A stretch of 64,000 bases of DNA from sequence record MN508614.1. The stretch is one strand, 5' to 3'. The stretch comes from Escherichia phage ES12. Shown here piece by piece: positions 8,895 to 19,007 of this stretch. Every line of letters begins with the position of its first letter. The first letter of the stretch is position 1. The translations under genes and the position numbers were made by a program. A model generated the notes under the pieces. That model ran no database searches. It worked only from the letters and a program-made list of their open reading frames with translations, and was not told where the DNA came from.

Positions 8895-8945
8895 AGTTGT
8901 ATAGTACCACGGTCCTTGTGATATGTAAACTGTTTTATGAAAATT
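8895..8945 (-). promoter_or_regulatory. Early promoter cassette
   Basis: Minus-strand GTTTAC-(18)-TGgTACTAT, AT-rich upstream, GGAGG leader. Confidence 0.45.
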
Positions 8946-8947
8946 TT

Positions 8948-9505
8948 TTAAATGGAAAGATACCATCCGCTGTAGTTGCTTTTTCTTACAACTTTACGAA
9001 GGTCTTCTCTGTCACCGATGAACTTCGGAGTGTACTGGATGACACCTGGATGAATTTCTTTAGTGTTGAATATAATTATACAGTCGGCGACTTGATAATT
9101 TAGAATGGGCCCTAGATTTATTCCAGAACCATATGGATACTCTCCGCTGCATCCTGTTGTTACAGAAATCCAACGTGAGTCAGTTTGATGTGTCTTAACT
9201 TCTACGCGAAGCCCACAGTATTTTGGATGTGCTAAAACATCCCATGCATATGTGTACGGATCATCGACATCTTCTTGGCCTTTATTGACATATCCGCTTA
9301 GCCAATCTGCCACAAAAAACTCTGCGTACACAGCGATACGGCATCTTTCGATAACTTCTGCCTTATCCTGATTTGGGTTTTGTTTTAAAGAGTATCTTGC
9401 AGTATCAGCAATTTTGACCTTCATTTCACTAGTCAAGTCACTGTTCGATAGGGTAAATGACGGAATCTGAAATAGTCTCTGCAAACCCGGATTCGTTTTC
9501 TGCAT
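8948..9505 (-). CDS. denB: DenB, endonuclease IV (cytosine-DNA specific)
   Basis: 185 aa, matching T4 DenB length and position next to rIIB. Confidence 0.9.
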   Translation of the reverse strand: MQKTNPGLQRLFQIPSFTLSNSDLTSEMKVKIADTARYSLKQNPNQDKAEVIERCRIAVYAEFFVADWLSGYVNKGQEDVDDPYTYAWDVLAHPKYCGLRVEVKTHQTDSRWISVTTGCSGEYPYGSGINLGPILNYQVADCIIIFNTKEIHPGVIQYTPKFIGDREDLRKVVRKSNYSGWYLSI

Positions 9506-9567
9506 TTAAACTTTCCTTTTATGTCTGAATCACTGGTATTCATATAATAAATCATAATTTCTCTTAA

Positions 9568-9592
9568 AACAAAAGGGCCGAAGCCCTTATTT
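9568..9592 (-). terminator. C(UUCG)G hairpin terminator
   Basis: Minus-strand RNA reads AAGGGC-UUCG-GCCCUU followed by UUGUUUU. Confidence 0.5.
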
Positions 9593-9786
9593 TATTTGAA
9601 TTGTGCAATTCTTTTCTCTAGACATTCAGCATAAGATTTCATTGAGATGAACTGTGAAAGTAGCAGTTCTTGCTCAACTGCACTAACTGTTAGAAACTTT
9701 GCGCTTTCTAAAAATTTGCTCAGTGCATTAATTTTGAGCATTAATTGATCGTATTCTTCTTTTACTCGTGCTTGATAACCTAACAT
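9592..9786 (-). CDS. Hypothetical protein, 64 aa (denB.1 position)
   Basis: Helical small protein flanked by two UUCG hairpins. Confidence 0.55.
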   Translation of the reverse strand: MLGYQARVKEEYDQLMLKINALSKFLESAKFLTVSAVEQELLLSQFISMKSYAECLEKRIAQFK

Positions 9787-9814
9787 AATTTTCCTTAGTT
9801 AAGGGCCGAAGCCC

Positions 9815-10753
9815 TTATTTAAATTGTTCAGTAACGTCTTCAACTACTTCGTATTGGCAGGTACGCATTTTAGCATCGTTGTAATCAATCGGAATTGATA
9901 CTACATCGCGAGGATGAACCTTAACTTTTACAACTCGGCTGGTTGAACTGCCAAAGTGACGAATATAAGATTTAGAACACACATGCAGACCACGAGAACA
10001 AGTTTGTGTATCATCGTCATTCACACGAGTACGTGGCATTTTAACTACTTTACCCGGACTGTTATCAAAGGTGTTTGAGTGACAGTCAAAGTAATTGCTG
10101 CGAACTACTTTCCAAGCATAGAAGTAGCCATCTTCTGTAATTTCAATATCATTTGCTACCAAGAAATCAAAGAGTCGAGATACCGCTTTTTGGCTTGGGT
10201 TTTCCAGCAGATTTTCCAAGAACGGAAAATAAAATTCAAAGTTTTCACCTTTTTCCATCGAGTCGAGAATACGATCAACCAAACCAGATCGCAATTCAAT
10301 ATTTTGATAGAACAAGCTTCCACCTTCAATTCGAACATCACCGGAAATATATTTTTCAACAGCGCGACGAACATTAATTTTTTGTGCCGCTTCTTCCAAC
10401 TTATCCGCTACAAGCAGATTAAGAATTTCCTGGAAGTTTGAATGAGTATTAGGAGTTGCGTTATAAGTTACACCATCAACAGTAATTGAAATGAATTTTT
10501 TAGATGCATTCCAAATAATGTCAGATTTAGCAACTGGAGCAATAACTGCATCGCTATTAACTTTAACTGTAATATCACCACTAATAGTAACTTTAGGGCG
10601 TTTAGCTTCTTCAGCATTTTTCAAAACACGACGGATTGTGTCAACCGATACATCCTTCCAATAAGCTAATTCCTGCTGAGTGTAATTACCACTTGAATAC
10701 AGTTTAACAATTTCAGCTTGTTCGTTTTTGGTCAGGCATTTAATATTGTACAT
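9815..10753 (-). CDS. rIIB: rIIB protein
   Basis: 312 aa, length and position match T4 rIIB. Confidence 0.97.
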   Translation of the reverse strand: MYNIKCLTKNEQAEIVKLYSSGNYTQQELAYWKDVSVDTIRRVLKNAEEAKRPKVTISGDITVKVNSDAVIAPVAKSDIIWNASKKFISITVDGVTYNATPNTHSNFQEILNLLVADKLEEAAQKINVRRAVEKYISGDVRIEGGSLFYQNIELRSGLVDRILDSMEKGENFEFYFPFLENLLENPSQKAVSRLFDFLVANDIEITEDGYFYAWKVVRSNYFDCHSNTFDNSPGKVVKMPRTRVNDDDTQTCSRGLHVCSKSYIRHFGSSTSRVVKVKVHPRDVVSIPIDYNDAKMRTCQYEVVEDVTEQFK

Positions 10754-10764
10754 AATTTTCCTTA

Positions 10765-12942
10765 TTAGGCCGCAAGGGCCTTCATAGTTTTAGCGATTTG
10801 AGAAACTTCATCATCACTTAAAGAGTTGCGATATCCGATGAAGTCGGAAACAATACGGAATTTCTTGGTAAACTCAGCAACCATTTTATCACTGTTTTTT
10901 GAAGCATTATGTGATAATTCATCAAAAAGATTAGTTACTGTCCAGATGTCATGACCGATGGTATCTTTTCCACCATTAAAATATACACCCTGTAATGAAC
11001 TAACCATATTAGCGAGTCGTGTATATTCTTCAGAAACTTCATCTACACTGAAGTACTTCATCATAAAATCTAACTCAGGATACTTGATAATTTTATCAAT
11101 ATATCGTTTAGCTGAACTTGAATAACCTACATACTTATCATAATCTACATCATCAAAAGCATCTACATATAAATCACGCAAAGCTTCAAAAATACATTGG
11201 CACTGACCGAGTTCTTTTACCTTTTTCTGTAAAAGCGGACGAATAACATAAAATTCATTAATGCCAATAAGATTAGCCATACGAATCAAAATATTCATAG
11301 ATGGATGACAAAGCGATGTAGTACCATCCATAGAGAAAATATCAGAACGATGCATATACGCTACATAACCAGTAATTTCATCTGCTTCTGATGTGAGCGT
11401 AAATAATTCCTCTTTTTCCCAGCGTCCGTCTTTAATTTCAAACTTAAATGCTGTAGCAGCTTTAGGACGAGGAGCTTTACTTTTAACTACCTTTGGAATA
11501 TAGCTTTTAACTAAAGCTTCAATTTCTGACAAATAATGAATGTTAACTTCATCACTTTCAAACATCGCCATAATATCAGGAAGTAAATCAATCTGTGATT
11601 CTACTTCTGGGTTAATAAACAGAAGGCGTTCGTTATGATGAATATTCAAAGTGTTATTAAATTCACTATCATCTAACGCACGTGCTAATCCACGGACAAT
11701 ATTAACACGATTTTTAATATTATCAATAACGATATTAATTTTTGTTGCATTAATACCAAACAGACGATAACTTGATGCAACGGCCGAAGTTTCATGGCTT
11801 TGTTTAATTCGTTTCAGTCGAGGGTCAAGATTTACTTCATACACAACCCCCGCGTTGCATAACTTACTATCAGGTTCAAACATGCTTTGCATCTTTTTAT
11901 ATGACAGATTTTTAGTCGTAAATTTGACTGAATTACTAATCATATAATCTCGAGCAGAATACCCCATCTTCATCAATTCACGATATGTGTGACGAGGAGA
12001 TGTAGATTCTTTAAATCGTTTTACATCTTCATTAAATGCTTTCTCACTGAGTTCTTTAACTCGTTCAATGATATTTTTACGAGTGCGATCATCTAGTGAA
12101 AGAGCCTCGCGAGATGGAGCAATATCAAGTGAACCCATTGGAAATTTAATGTAATTCACTTCATTGCGAATGCTTAGCCAGTTACGGTCTCTAATAACAC
12201 CATCGATAGGATAAACAATACCGCCATAGATAGCATATAATCCACCACGATCTGGCCAGTATCTTTCTGGATTTACACCGTAATAGTCATCAAAATCCGG
12301 AAAATAATCAATTTCGCGGTCAAGACCATTAATGATAGCCAAATCTTTGAATGGTCGCATGATATAAGAAACTTCATAAGCAAAGTTTCTAAAGTCTTTT
12401 TCTTCAACTGGAACTACGATTTCAATACCAGTTTTATCATTTGGACCCATTTCTTTTACGAATGTAGGTTTAATCTGTGGACCATCACCATCCATGTAAG
12501 CTACATAACCACGAATTTCACCTTTATGATACGAAGTAATACTAAACGTATCAGTATAACTAAACGGAGATTTAGAACCTAAACCAAATCCGCCAATGAA
12601 ATCGTTAGATTCAGCCTTAGATGAACTGAAGTATGAATTATACAGACCAGGAGAATTATCATCACCTTGAATATCAAAATCACTCATACCCGGACCAAAA
12701 TCTCGACAAACAAATCGTGGGTCTAAACGTCCTGGAACTTGTATGATAAATTTTTCAGGATTTCCATTGAGAGCATGGGCATCAATCATGTTAGTAATCA
12801 ATTCACGGACTACTGCGCGAATCTTGTTTGTATACAAATCAGATGATAGAATTTTAAATACTTTAGGAGATGCTGTGATGCTAAATGCTTTTGATTTAGA
12901 ACCATTGCCAAGAATTGTTTCTTTTTCAGTGGTGATAATCAT
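10765..12942 (-). CDS. rIIA: rIIA protein
   Basis: 725 aa with N-terminal GHKL-type ATPase motifs; length matches T4 rIIA. Confidence 0.97.
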   Translation of the reverse strand: MIITTEKETILGNGSKSKAFSITASPKVFKILSSDLYTNKIRAVVRELITNMIDAHALNGNPEKFIIQVPGRLDPRFVCRDFGPGMSDFDIQGDDNSPGLYNSYFSSSKAESNDFIGGFGLGSKSPFSYTDTFSITSYHKGEIRGYVAYMDGDGPQIKPTFVKEMGPNDKTGIEIVVPVEEKDFRNFAYEVSYIMRPFKDLAIINGLDREIDYFPDFDDYYGVNPERYWPDRGGLYAIYGGIVYPIDGVIRDRNWLSIRNEVNYIKFPMGSLDIAPSREALSLDDRTRKNIIERVKELSEKAFNEDVKRFKESTSPRHTYRELMKMGYSARDYMISNSVKFTTKNLSYKKMQSMFEPDSKLCNAGVVYEVNLDPRLKRIKQSHETSAVASSYRLFGINATKINIVIDNIKNRVNIVRGLARALDDSEFNNTLNIHHNERLLFINPEVESQIDLLPDIMAMFESDEVNIHYLSEIEALVKSYIPKVVKSKAPRPKAATAFKFEIKDGRWEKEELFTLTSEADEITGYVAYMHRSDIFSMDGTTSLCHPSMNILIRMANLIGINEFYVIRPLLQKKVKELGQCQCIFEALRDLYVDAFDDVDYDKYVGYSSSAKRYIDKIIKYPELDFMMKYFSVDEVSEEYTRLANMVSSLQGVYFNGGKDTIGHDIWTVTNLFDELSHNASKNSDKMVAEFTKKFRIVSDFIGYRNSLSDDEVSQIAKTMKALAA

Positions 12943-12952
12943 AATTTCCTCA

Positions 12953-13156
12953 TTAATTCATATTACGTTTAATAACTTCGGCAACTTCTAGTAGTTCATC
13001 TTTAGTTGCGGTGTCGGATTGAATTTTATCTCTAATATCCTTAAAGCGGTTTTTAAATTCTTCGGCTTCTCCCATATCGAAAAAGCGTTGAATGATTCTA
13101 TATTCTCGATGAACTGCTTTATCAAAAAGTTCTAAATTTACTTTATATGATTTCAT
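12953..13156 (-). CDS. Hypothetical protein, 67 aa (rIIA.1 position)
   Basis: Small helical ORF between gene 39 and rIIA, downstream of a consensus early promoter. Confidence 0.6.
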   Translation of the reverse strand: MKSYKVNLELFDKAVHREYRIIQRFFDMGEAEEFKNRFKDIRDKIQSDTATKDELLEVAEVIKRNMN

Positions 13157-13179
13157 TTCAATATCCTCATTTGCCCAAT

Positions 13180-13212
13180 TAATTATACCACATCCTTGTG
13201 GTAAAGTAAACT
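13180..13212 (-). promoter_or_regulatory. Early sigma70 promoter for the rIIA.1-rIIA-rIIB unit
   Basis: Minus-strand GTTTAC-(18 nt)-TGgTATAAT with a perfect TATAAT -10; a near-identical copy sits at 57390-57426. Confidence 0.55.
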
Positions 13213-15031
13213 ACTGGCTCATCCATTCTTTACGAAGGTCAGCATTATCTCCCATGAGCATTTCAAAAAGCTCTTTCCAATTCTCAGGAAGTTTAACAAC
13301 ATCATATACTGGGTTTTGAATCATCTCACGATATTCAGATTTTTCCAAAGAGCCAAGTCCCTTAATATAACGGATGCTATGTTTAGGTAGAGCATCTTTA
13401 GCACTCTCATATTCAGCGACTGTATAAAACCATTCTTGTTTTTTACCGACCTGAGCGATGATTACAGGAGTTTTGACGAAGCGAATTCTTCCTTGTTCAA
13501 ACAGTTCTGGCCAATTACTAAAAAATCCGAGCAGAGAAGGATAAATGCTTCCTAGACCATCATGGTCAGCATCAGTCATAATAGCGATATTATGATAATT
13601 CAAGTTTTCAGCTTTTTCACCGAGAACTAATCCAGTGATTGCGCAAATATCAAACAGTTCTTTGTTTTTAAGCATGTCAGCATATGACATACCCCAACTG
13701 TTGAGAACTTTACCACGTAATGGATAACCACCGTGAAGTTCTTTATCACGAACATCAATAAGATATCCGATAGCCGAATCACCCTCAGTCAAGAAAAGAG
13801 TAGTATCAGCATCTTTACCACAAAGATTCGCTTTAATATGTTTATGAACCTTAGCTTTAGAAGCCTTTTTAGCTGCTTTAGTTTCTGCTGCTTTTTCTGC
13901 CGCTAATTTACGAGCCAAAGCAGCTTCAATAATCGGCATTAGAATTGCTTCATTATTTAGAATAGCACGTGAAATCTTTTTAGCATCAAGTTGAATATGA
14001 CTACGGATTTCGCCAAATGGAGAAGTCAAACGCTCTTTAGTTTGAGAATCAAATCGCATGTTTTTCATATCACGGACAAACATAACGATAGTCAAACATT
14101 CTTTAACGCGTGCTTTAGTCACATCAATTTTGAACTTACGTTTGATTTGTGGAATAAGGTCTTCACAAATATCATCCATAACACAGTCAATGTGATGGCC
14201 ACCATTCTTAGTGTGAATGTTATTCACATAAGTTAATTGACGAAAACCATCCGGTGAACGACCAACCGCAATAGAGCAATTTTCTTGTTCTTGAACAATA
14301 GCATGCTCATCATATTGGCGTGCATATTTCTTAAAATTGCCCTGAACCTTTTTACCATTAAAGGTAAATTGAATATCAGGATAAACTACTGCAAGTGTCT
14401 GGAGACGATCTAGTGTAATGTCAAGATAAACTTGGGACAGCTCATTAGTTTCAAATGACATAAAATCAGGAATGAAAGTAACACGAGTTCCTTTCCATTT
14501 TCCAGGAATAGTTTCCCATGATTTATTTTCCATGCCATTTGAACAACGAACTACAATATTATTTTGACCATCACCAGTTTCACCAACAAACATCACAGAA
14601 AAAATGTTTGTCAAACTAGAACCAACACCATTCATACCGCCAGTGACACGTTCTTTATCATCGCCAAAGTTACCACCTGCTTTTGGAATAGTCCATGCAG
14701 CAACAGGACCAGGAATTTCTTCACCGGTAGGTGTTTTAACCATCGCCTGCGGAATACCACGACCGTTATCTTCAACTGTTACTTGATTGTTTTTAATAGT
14801 AACATTAATTTTATTTGCGAATTTAAACTTAGTACGAATACCTTCATCTACTGAGTTATCGATAATTTCATCAATAAGCTTAACAAGACCAGGTACATAC
14901 TGAACACTTTCCCATTTACCAAACAGAAAGCGCTCATGCATTTCATTAGCAGAAGAGCCAATATACATGCCGCTACGCTTTTTGATATGTTCAATATCGC
15001 TCAGAATTTTAATTTCATTCTTAATCATCAC
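13211..15031 (-). CDS. 39: DNA topoisomerase II large subunit, unsplit gene 39 (covers T4 gp39 plus gp60)
   Basis: 606 aa continuous ORF: N-terminal GHKL ATPase and C-terminal Toprim region ending ...LMGDNADLRKEWMSQ; no intervening ORF or bypass gap. Confidence 0.95.
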   Translation of the reverse strand: MMIKNEIKILSDIEHIKKRSGMYIGSSANEMHERFLFGKWESVQYVPGLVKLIDEIIDNSVDEGIRTKFKFANKINVTIKNNQVTVEDNGRGIPQAMVKTPTGEEIPGPVAAWTIPKAGGNFGDDKERVTGGMNGVGSSLTNIFSVMFVGETGDGQNNIVVRCSNGMENKSWETIPGKWKGTRVTFIPDFMSFETNELSQVYLDITLDRLQTLAVVYPDIQFTFNGKKVQGNFKKYARQYDEHAIVQEQENCSIAVGRSPDGFRQLTYVNNIHTKNGGHHIDCVMDDICEDLIPQIKRKFKIDVTKARVKECLTIVMFVRDMKNMRFDSQTKERLTSPFGEIRSHIQLDAKKISRAILNNEAILMPIIEAALARKLAAEKAAETKAAKKASKAKVHKHIKANLCGKDADTTLFLTEGDSAIGYLIDVRDKELHGGYPLRGKVLNSWGMSYADMLKNKELFDICAITGLVLGEKAENLNYHNIAIMTDADHDGLGSIYPSLLGFFSNWPELFEQGRIRFVKTPVIIAQVGKKQEWFYTVAEYESAKDALPKHSIRYIKGLGSLEKSEYREMIQNPVYDVVKLPENWKELFEMLMGDNADLRKEWMSQ

Positions 15032-15044
15032 TTATCCTCGTTTG

Positions 15045-15100
15045 GTTTCGGGAATATTATACTCCGGTAATCATAAAGCTAAAGGCCCGAAGGCCTTTTA
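15045..15100 (-). promoter_or_regulatory. MotA-box middle promoter with adjacent UUCG hairpin, upstream of gene 39
   Basis: Minus-strand AAGGCC-UUCG-GGCCUU hairpin then AGCTTTA-(12)-TATAAT. Confidence 0.4.
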
Positions 15101-15367
15101 TTTAAAACGGATAGTCGAATCTTTGAAGAATAGACCAGAACATACTGTTCCTTCTACTTTCTGCCCGGTAGGTCCAATAGCACGAAATCCAGTATGCTGG
15201 AAATCATTTTCAGAGCAACCGAACCAATTATATCCAGTGATTTCAATATTAGTAAAACCGCTTGATGACAAAATTTTGGTTGCATTATCAGTATCAGTAC
15301 ATCCTGCTAAAGACACTGCTAATACTAATGCTGCGATAGAACGATTAATATATTTCATAATTTTCAC
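15098..15367 (-). CDS. Lipoprotein, 89 aa (39.1 position)
   Basis: Signal peptide with lipobox LAGC (MKIMKYINRSIAALVLAVSLAGCTD). Confidence 0.6.
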   Translation of the reverse strand: MKIMKYINRSIAALVLAVSLAGCTDTDNATKILSSSGFTNIEITGYNWFGCSENDFQHTGFRAIGPTGQKVEGTVCSGLFFKDSTIRFK

Positions 15368-15735
15368 TCAAATTTAATGGCTTGAAGGAGACTAATAACT
15401 CTCAAGCGACTTCTTTCATCTTTAACTGTAAAAGAAAGAGGGTCACCAGATTTCATAGTAATAGTACATTCAAAATCAAAATCTTCGGAAACTTCTTTGA
15501 AGAAGTCAAATTCTTCATCATAAATTAGAACATTACTCTGACAACTATGAAGAATTTTTCCATCATTTCCAGATGCTGTACTAATCATTGTAACATTATG
15601 ACCTTTCATATCTTCAACGATAAATTCACTAGTCAATATTACAGCATTAATAGAACTATTCCTATTACTAGCAGAAAGTAGATATTTCTGTTCTTCACCT
15701 TCACGAATGCGATATTTCTTACCGATTTTAAACAT
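15364..15735 (-). CDS. Hypothetical protein, 123 aa
   Basis: Minus-strand ORF, stop/start coupled to neighbours. Confidence 0.6.
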   Translation of the reverse strand: MFKIGKKYRIREGEEQKYLLSASNRNSSINAVILTSEFIVEDMKGHNVTMISTASGNDGKILHSCQSNVLIYDEEFDFFKEVSEDFDFECTITMKSGDPLSFTVKDERSRLRVISLLQAIKFE

Positions 15736-15737
15736 AA

Positions 15738-15914
15738 TTACCCTTTAAGTAAGTCGTAAAATCCACCATTCACATGCTTAGGAGCGGAAACTAACCGAAT
15801 AGCAATCCGATGACAATCAGGACATACATCAGTATCTCTTTCAGAAATTTTCTTGATTTTTTCGTATTCTTTTGCACAGTCTTCGGATTGGCATTTATAA
15901 TCATAAAGCGGCAT
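15738..15914 (-). CDS. Zinc-ribbon microprotein, 58 aa
   Basis: Own translation: MPLYDYKCQSEDCAKEYEKIKKISERDTDVCPDCHRIAIRLVSAPKHVNGGFYDLLKG (CxxC...CxxC). Below the ORF-track cutoff. Confidence 0.4.
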   Translation of the reverse strand: MPLYDYKCQSEDCAKEYEKIKKISERDTDVCPDCHRIAIRLVSAPKHVNGGFYDLLKG

Positions 15915-15916
15915 AA

Positions 15917-16336
15917 TTATTCCTTAAAGTGAGCTTTCAACATCTGATACAAGGACCATGCTTGTTCATTATTTTCAATAGTAACTTTCATGATCGGGAA
16001 TTCTGTGAAATCTTCTATTTGTTCTTGCTCTTCCTGCTCTTGTTCTTCAGCTGCCTGATATGGATTTTCCACTTCATTAAAGAACTCAGCTTCGCTCGTT
16101 GAAAGCCAAATAAAATCTTCATCCAAAATATCTTTACCGGAGGATAACGCCAATCTTCCAGTAGATGTCACAATTTTAGTAGGACGACCAAGATGGTCAA
16201 TATCTATAACTTTAAAAGGTTCCATACCTAAACGCCGCGCATAGATTCCGTTATCAGTATGGTCTTTAATAAAATTTTCTTGAGCTTGTTTATTTTTAAA
16301 TTGATACCATTTATTAACTTCGAATTTAATAGCCAT
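15917..16336 (-). CDS. Hypothetical protein, 139 aa, acidic EQEQEEQEQ tract (goF position)
   Basis: Position corresponds to the T4 goF region; no motif evidence for function. Confidence 0.55.
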   Translation of the reverse strand: MAIKFEVNKWYQFKNKQAQENFIKDHTDNGIYARRLGMEPFKVIDIDHLGRPTKIVTSTGRLALSSGKDILDEDFIWLSTSEAEFFNEVENPYQAAEEQEQEEQEQIEDFTEFPIMKVTIENNEQAWSLYQMLKAHFKE

Positions 16337-16563
16337 TAATAAATTTCCTTCCAGTAAGTTGTGCCGTCTTCAGTAATTTCACGAAATACACCGTAAATTG
16401 GTTGTTTATCACCGACTTTCTCATACACATAAACTGAAGTCAAGTGAGTAAACTTGACAGTGTGTTCCTTTTGAACTACTACCAAATTTGGATCAAATAA
16501 TACATCTTCAAATTCATCATTAGTGCAGTTCTGAACAATTTTGTGTTTCATTACATTCTCCAA
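16336..16563 (-). CDS. Hypothetical protein, 75 aa
   Basis: ATG at 16563 directly after a promoter-leader cassette. Confidence 0.55.
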   Translation of the reverse strand: MENVMKHKIVQNCTNDEFEDVLFDPNLVVVQKEHTVKFTHLTSVYVYEKVGDKQPIYGVFREITEDGTTYWKEIY

Positions 16564-16569
16564 GTTTCT

Positions 16570-16640
16570 GTATCAGTAGTTGATATTGATATAGTACCAT
16601 AATCAACTACTGATGTATATAGTTTTATGAAAAAATTTTA
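16570..16640 (-). promoter_or_regulatory. Degenerate early-promoter/leader cassette upstream of the 75-aa ORF
   Basis: Contains the conserved TGgTACTAT element and AT-rich upstream region but no clear GTTTAC -35. Confidence 0.3.
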
Positions 16641-16644
16641 AACT

Positions 16645-17136
16645 TTATGCATAGCGAGCTTTGCTGTAGTGTTTAATCCAGCTTTCAGGAATGACTTTGT
16701 ATGTTCCTAAAAATACAACGTTGTACAACTTAACGCCATCTTCTACCCATTGATCAGTAATGTATGCACACATAGCGCGAGTACGGCGAGGAAGGGGTTG
16801 TCCACCTTCGGTAAATTCAAACTCATAAGGAGCAACGAACTTAATAGCTTGACCGAGTTTCCACTTAAAGTCTACACCTACATGCGAAGTATCAATCGTT
16901 TCAATTCCTTTAGCGGGAACAGCTTTCAAAAACGCAGGCTCAAGAAATTTCCATCGAACATAACCAAACTGAGGTTTAGACATTCCATCTTTAGGAATGA
17001 TACGCACTTTTACTTCAGAATCTTCATCTTTAACACCGTGTTTAAGCTGAATGCTTACGACTTCAACCAATTTTCCTGCTGCTTTAGAACGGGATTTATC
17101 AGATACACGAGCCAATTCACCAATATTAATAATCAT
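16645..17136 (-). CDS. motB: MotB-like protein, 163 aa
   Basis: Length and position match T4 motB; C-terminal domain is paralogous to the next ORF (ITDQWVEDGVKLYNVV). Confidence 0.55.
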   Translation of the reverse strand: MIINIGELARVSDKSRSKAAGKLVEVVSIQLKHGVKDEDSEVKVRIIPKDGMSKPQFGYVRWKFLEPAFLKAVPAKGIETIDTSHVGVDFKWKLGQAIKFVAPYEFEFTEGGQPLPRRTRAMCAYITDQWVEDGVKLYNVVFLGTYKVIPESWIKHYSKARYA

Positions 17137-17174
17137 AGTTATCTCTCACTTGTTAAAAAGATTTTATACTCCAC

Positions 17175-17212
17175 AGGACCATTATACTCTGGTCCCAAGA
17201 GTTTGTAAACTA
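17175..17212 (-). promoter_or_regulatory. Early sigma70 promoter upstream of motB
   Basis: Minus-strand GTTTAC-(18)-TATAAT. Confidence 0.5.
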
Positions 17213-17758
17213 TTAATTCAAAATAGCTACCACCGCACTACGAGGTACTACGCTAAAATCACCTGCATGAACAACGTTCAGAAGTTCAACACCATCTTCA
17301 ATCCACTGGTCTGTTACCCAACCACAGATAGGATTATCAAAAGGACGATGGATAGACACAGCAGCACACAACAGGTCTGTAGGGTCTTGTTCTTCAACTT
17401 CTTGGAACAGGATGAACTCATCTTCATAAACCAGGTTTTTCTTTATTTTGTTATTATCTAACCGGCGACCGTGGATGACGTAAGATTTATCAAACCACTC
17501 ACTTTTGGCAAATTCTTCAACAATAAATTCGCCTTCGCCAAAAACATCAGTCAGAGTTTTATGACCAGAAATCAAGGCATTAGTTTTAATTTTAGGTTCA
17601 ACCAGTTTGTAGGTTTTGCCGATTTCAATAGCGGTAGTCATAGTAGGTTCCTTAATTTCCAGTGGTTTAACAGGGCATACATAAGTGCTTACAACATCAA
17701 AATCAATCAGTTTAGCTACCGGATTTGGTATGTATTCAGGATTATAATTAAATTTCAT
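17213..17758 (-). CDS. MotB paralogue, 181 aa (motB.1 position)
   Basis: C-terminal VTDQWIEDGVELLNVV block parallels the motB-like ORF. Confidence 0.6.
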   Translation of the reverse strand: MKFNYNPEYIPNPVAKLIDFDVVSTYVCPVKPLEIKEPTMTTAIEIGKTYKLVEPKIKTNALISGHKTLTDVFGEGEFIVEEFAKSEWFDKSYVIHGRRLDNNKIKKNLVYEDEFILFQEVEEQDPTDLLCAAVSIHRPFDNPICGWVTDQWIEDGVELLNVVHAGDFSVVPRSAVVAILN

Positions 17759-17760
17759 AA

Positions 17761-18261
17761 TTATCTCATTTCAATAAAATCTACGAGTTCAGCATGCGAT
17801 TTGCGGAACATTACTTGGTGCCCACCAATGATAACTTCATCTTCAGGAACTTCGTATACAGCGAGATAAAATCCTTTAGAAGATAATTCTTCCCGCTCTT
17901 CTCGTGTGAACCATCTCATCATATCATACTCACTAGCGAAAGCAAAATGATAAAGAGCTATAAACCATCCTGGAATATGATATTCTACTCCAACATAATC
18001 TTTCTTGAACTTAGTATTAATTACTATATTAGCGTTTTTAACTAATAGTTTATCTTCGTGTGGTAAAGGAATTCTTTTATTATTATCGCTATGATGCATA
18101 AAATTAGGTCTGTCATAACCTACGTGTAATAGCCACTCTTCGCTCCATGAATCTATTATACTCCTGTACGGCGTTATTTGAACACAAAGATTTCGACGTA
18201 TTGTTATAGCATCTTCATAATCAAGAATACTAAACGATGATTCAACACGATAAATTTTCAT
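17761..18261 (-). CDS. Hypothetical protein, 166 aa (motB.2 position)
   Basis: Minus-strand ORF downstream of an early promoter. Confidence 0.6.
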   Translation of the reverse strand: MKIYRVESSFSILDYEDAITIRRNLCVQITPYRSIIDSWSEEWLLHVGYDRPNFMHHSDNNKRIPLPHEDKLLVKNANIVINTKFKKDYVGVEYHIPGWFIALYHFAFASEYDMMRWFTREEREELSSKGFYLAVYEVPEDEVIIGGHQVMFRKSHAELVDFIEMR

Positions 18262-18284
18262 TTTATTATCCTCAGTAGCTATGG

Positions 18285-18320
18285 TGTTATAATACCATAA
18301 CTAACCGAGGAAGTAAACAA
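18285..18320 (-). promoter_or_regulatory. Early promoter
   Basis: Minus-strand GTTTAC-(18)-TATTAT. Confidence 0.45.
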
Positions 18321-18323
18321 CTT

Positions 18324-19007
18324 TTATCGTTTTGTTGGAAGAGATAGAGGATCGCACTCTTCCTCTGATGGAGCGTCTTCAAGACCCATAGCATATCGCA
18401 AAGCATACTTCATCATCAGAATGTCTTTCGCACAGTCATGAATAGAATCATGCGCAACGAATCCATCTAAAGTTCCCTTTGGAAGAGGACATGTGGTCAT
18501 ATCACGAACAAGCAGAAGTGCTTCAATTCTGGTACGAATATCACGCTGATTCCAAAATTTACATGGTTCTAACTTAAATGTGTCAAGCTCATTCTCAGAT
18601 ACACCATTAAGACGCTGAATATCACGAATGAGATCGACTAAAATTGGAAAATCAAATGACATTCCACGACACCAGCCTTGAGATTTCCAAGGATCGATAT
18701 TATGTGCATTAATGTAATCATTAAATTTTGCAATACCATCGATAGTGCTTACATCTTCATCGGATGGTGCAATATTTTTTCTAGCTTCAGGAGATTGATT
18801 CTTCCACCATTCGATAGTGCTTTTAGTAAAAAGACGATGTCCTTTTTGGCTTTTTAAATCAAACTTGATTTTAATGCCGCGTGAAACTAATTCATCAAAT
18901 GTTTCAACTACTTCTGGATTAGGGTCAAAGGCAATAACAGCCAAATCAATAACAGCTGCCTTTTCACCGCTTCCCATTGTTTCAAAATCTATAATAAAAT
19001 CAAACAT
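18324..19007 (-). CDS. dexA: Exonuclease A (DexA)
   Basis: 227 aa, DEDD-type exonuclease N-terminus (MFDFIIDFETMG); length matches T4 DexA. Confidence 0.9.
   Translation of the reverse strand: MFDFIIDFETMGSGEKAAVIDLAVIAFDPNPEVVETFDELVSRGIKIKFDLKSQKGHRLFTKSTIEWWKNQSPEARKNIAPSDEDVSTIDGIAKFNDYINAHNIDPWKSQGWCRGMSFDFPILVDLIRDIQRLNGVSENELDTFKLEPCKFWNQRDIRTRIEALLLVRDMTTCPLPKGTLDGFVAHDSIHDCAKDILMMKYALRYAMGLEDAPSEEECDPLSLPTKR

Noticed and set aside
10079-10441. Plus- and minus-strand alternative-frame ORFs within rIIB
   Set aside because: Overlap the conserved rIIB frame; low-complexity translations.
13991-14854. Plus-strand ORFs antisense to gene 39
   Set aside because: Within a conserved enzyme gene; no translation signals.
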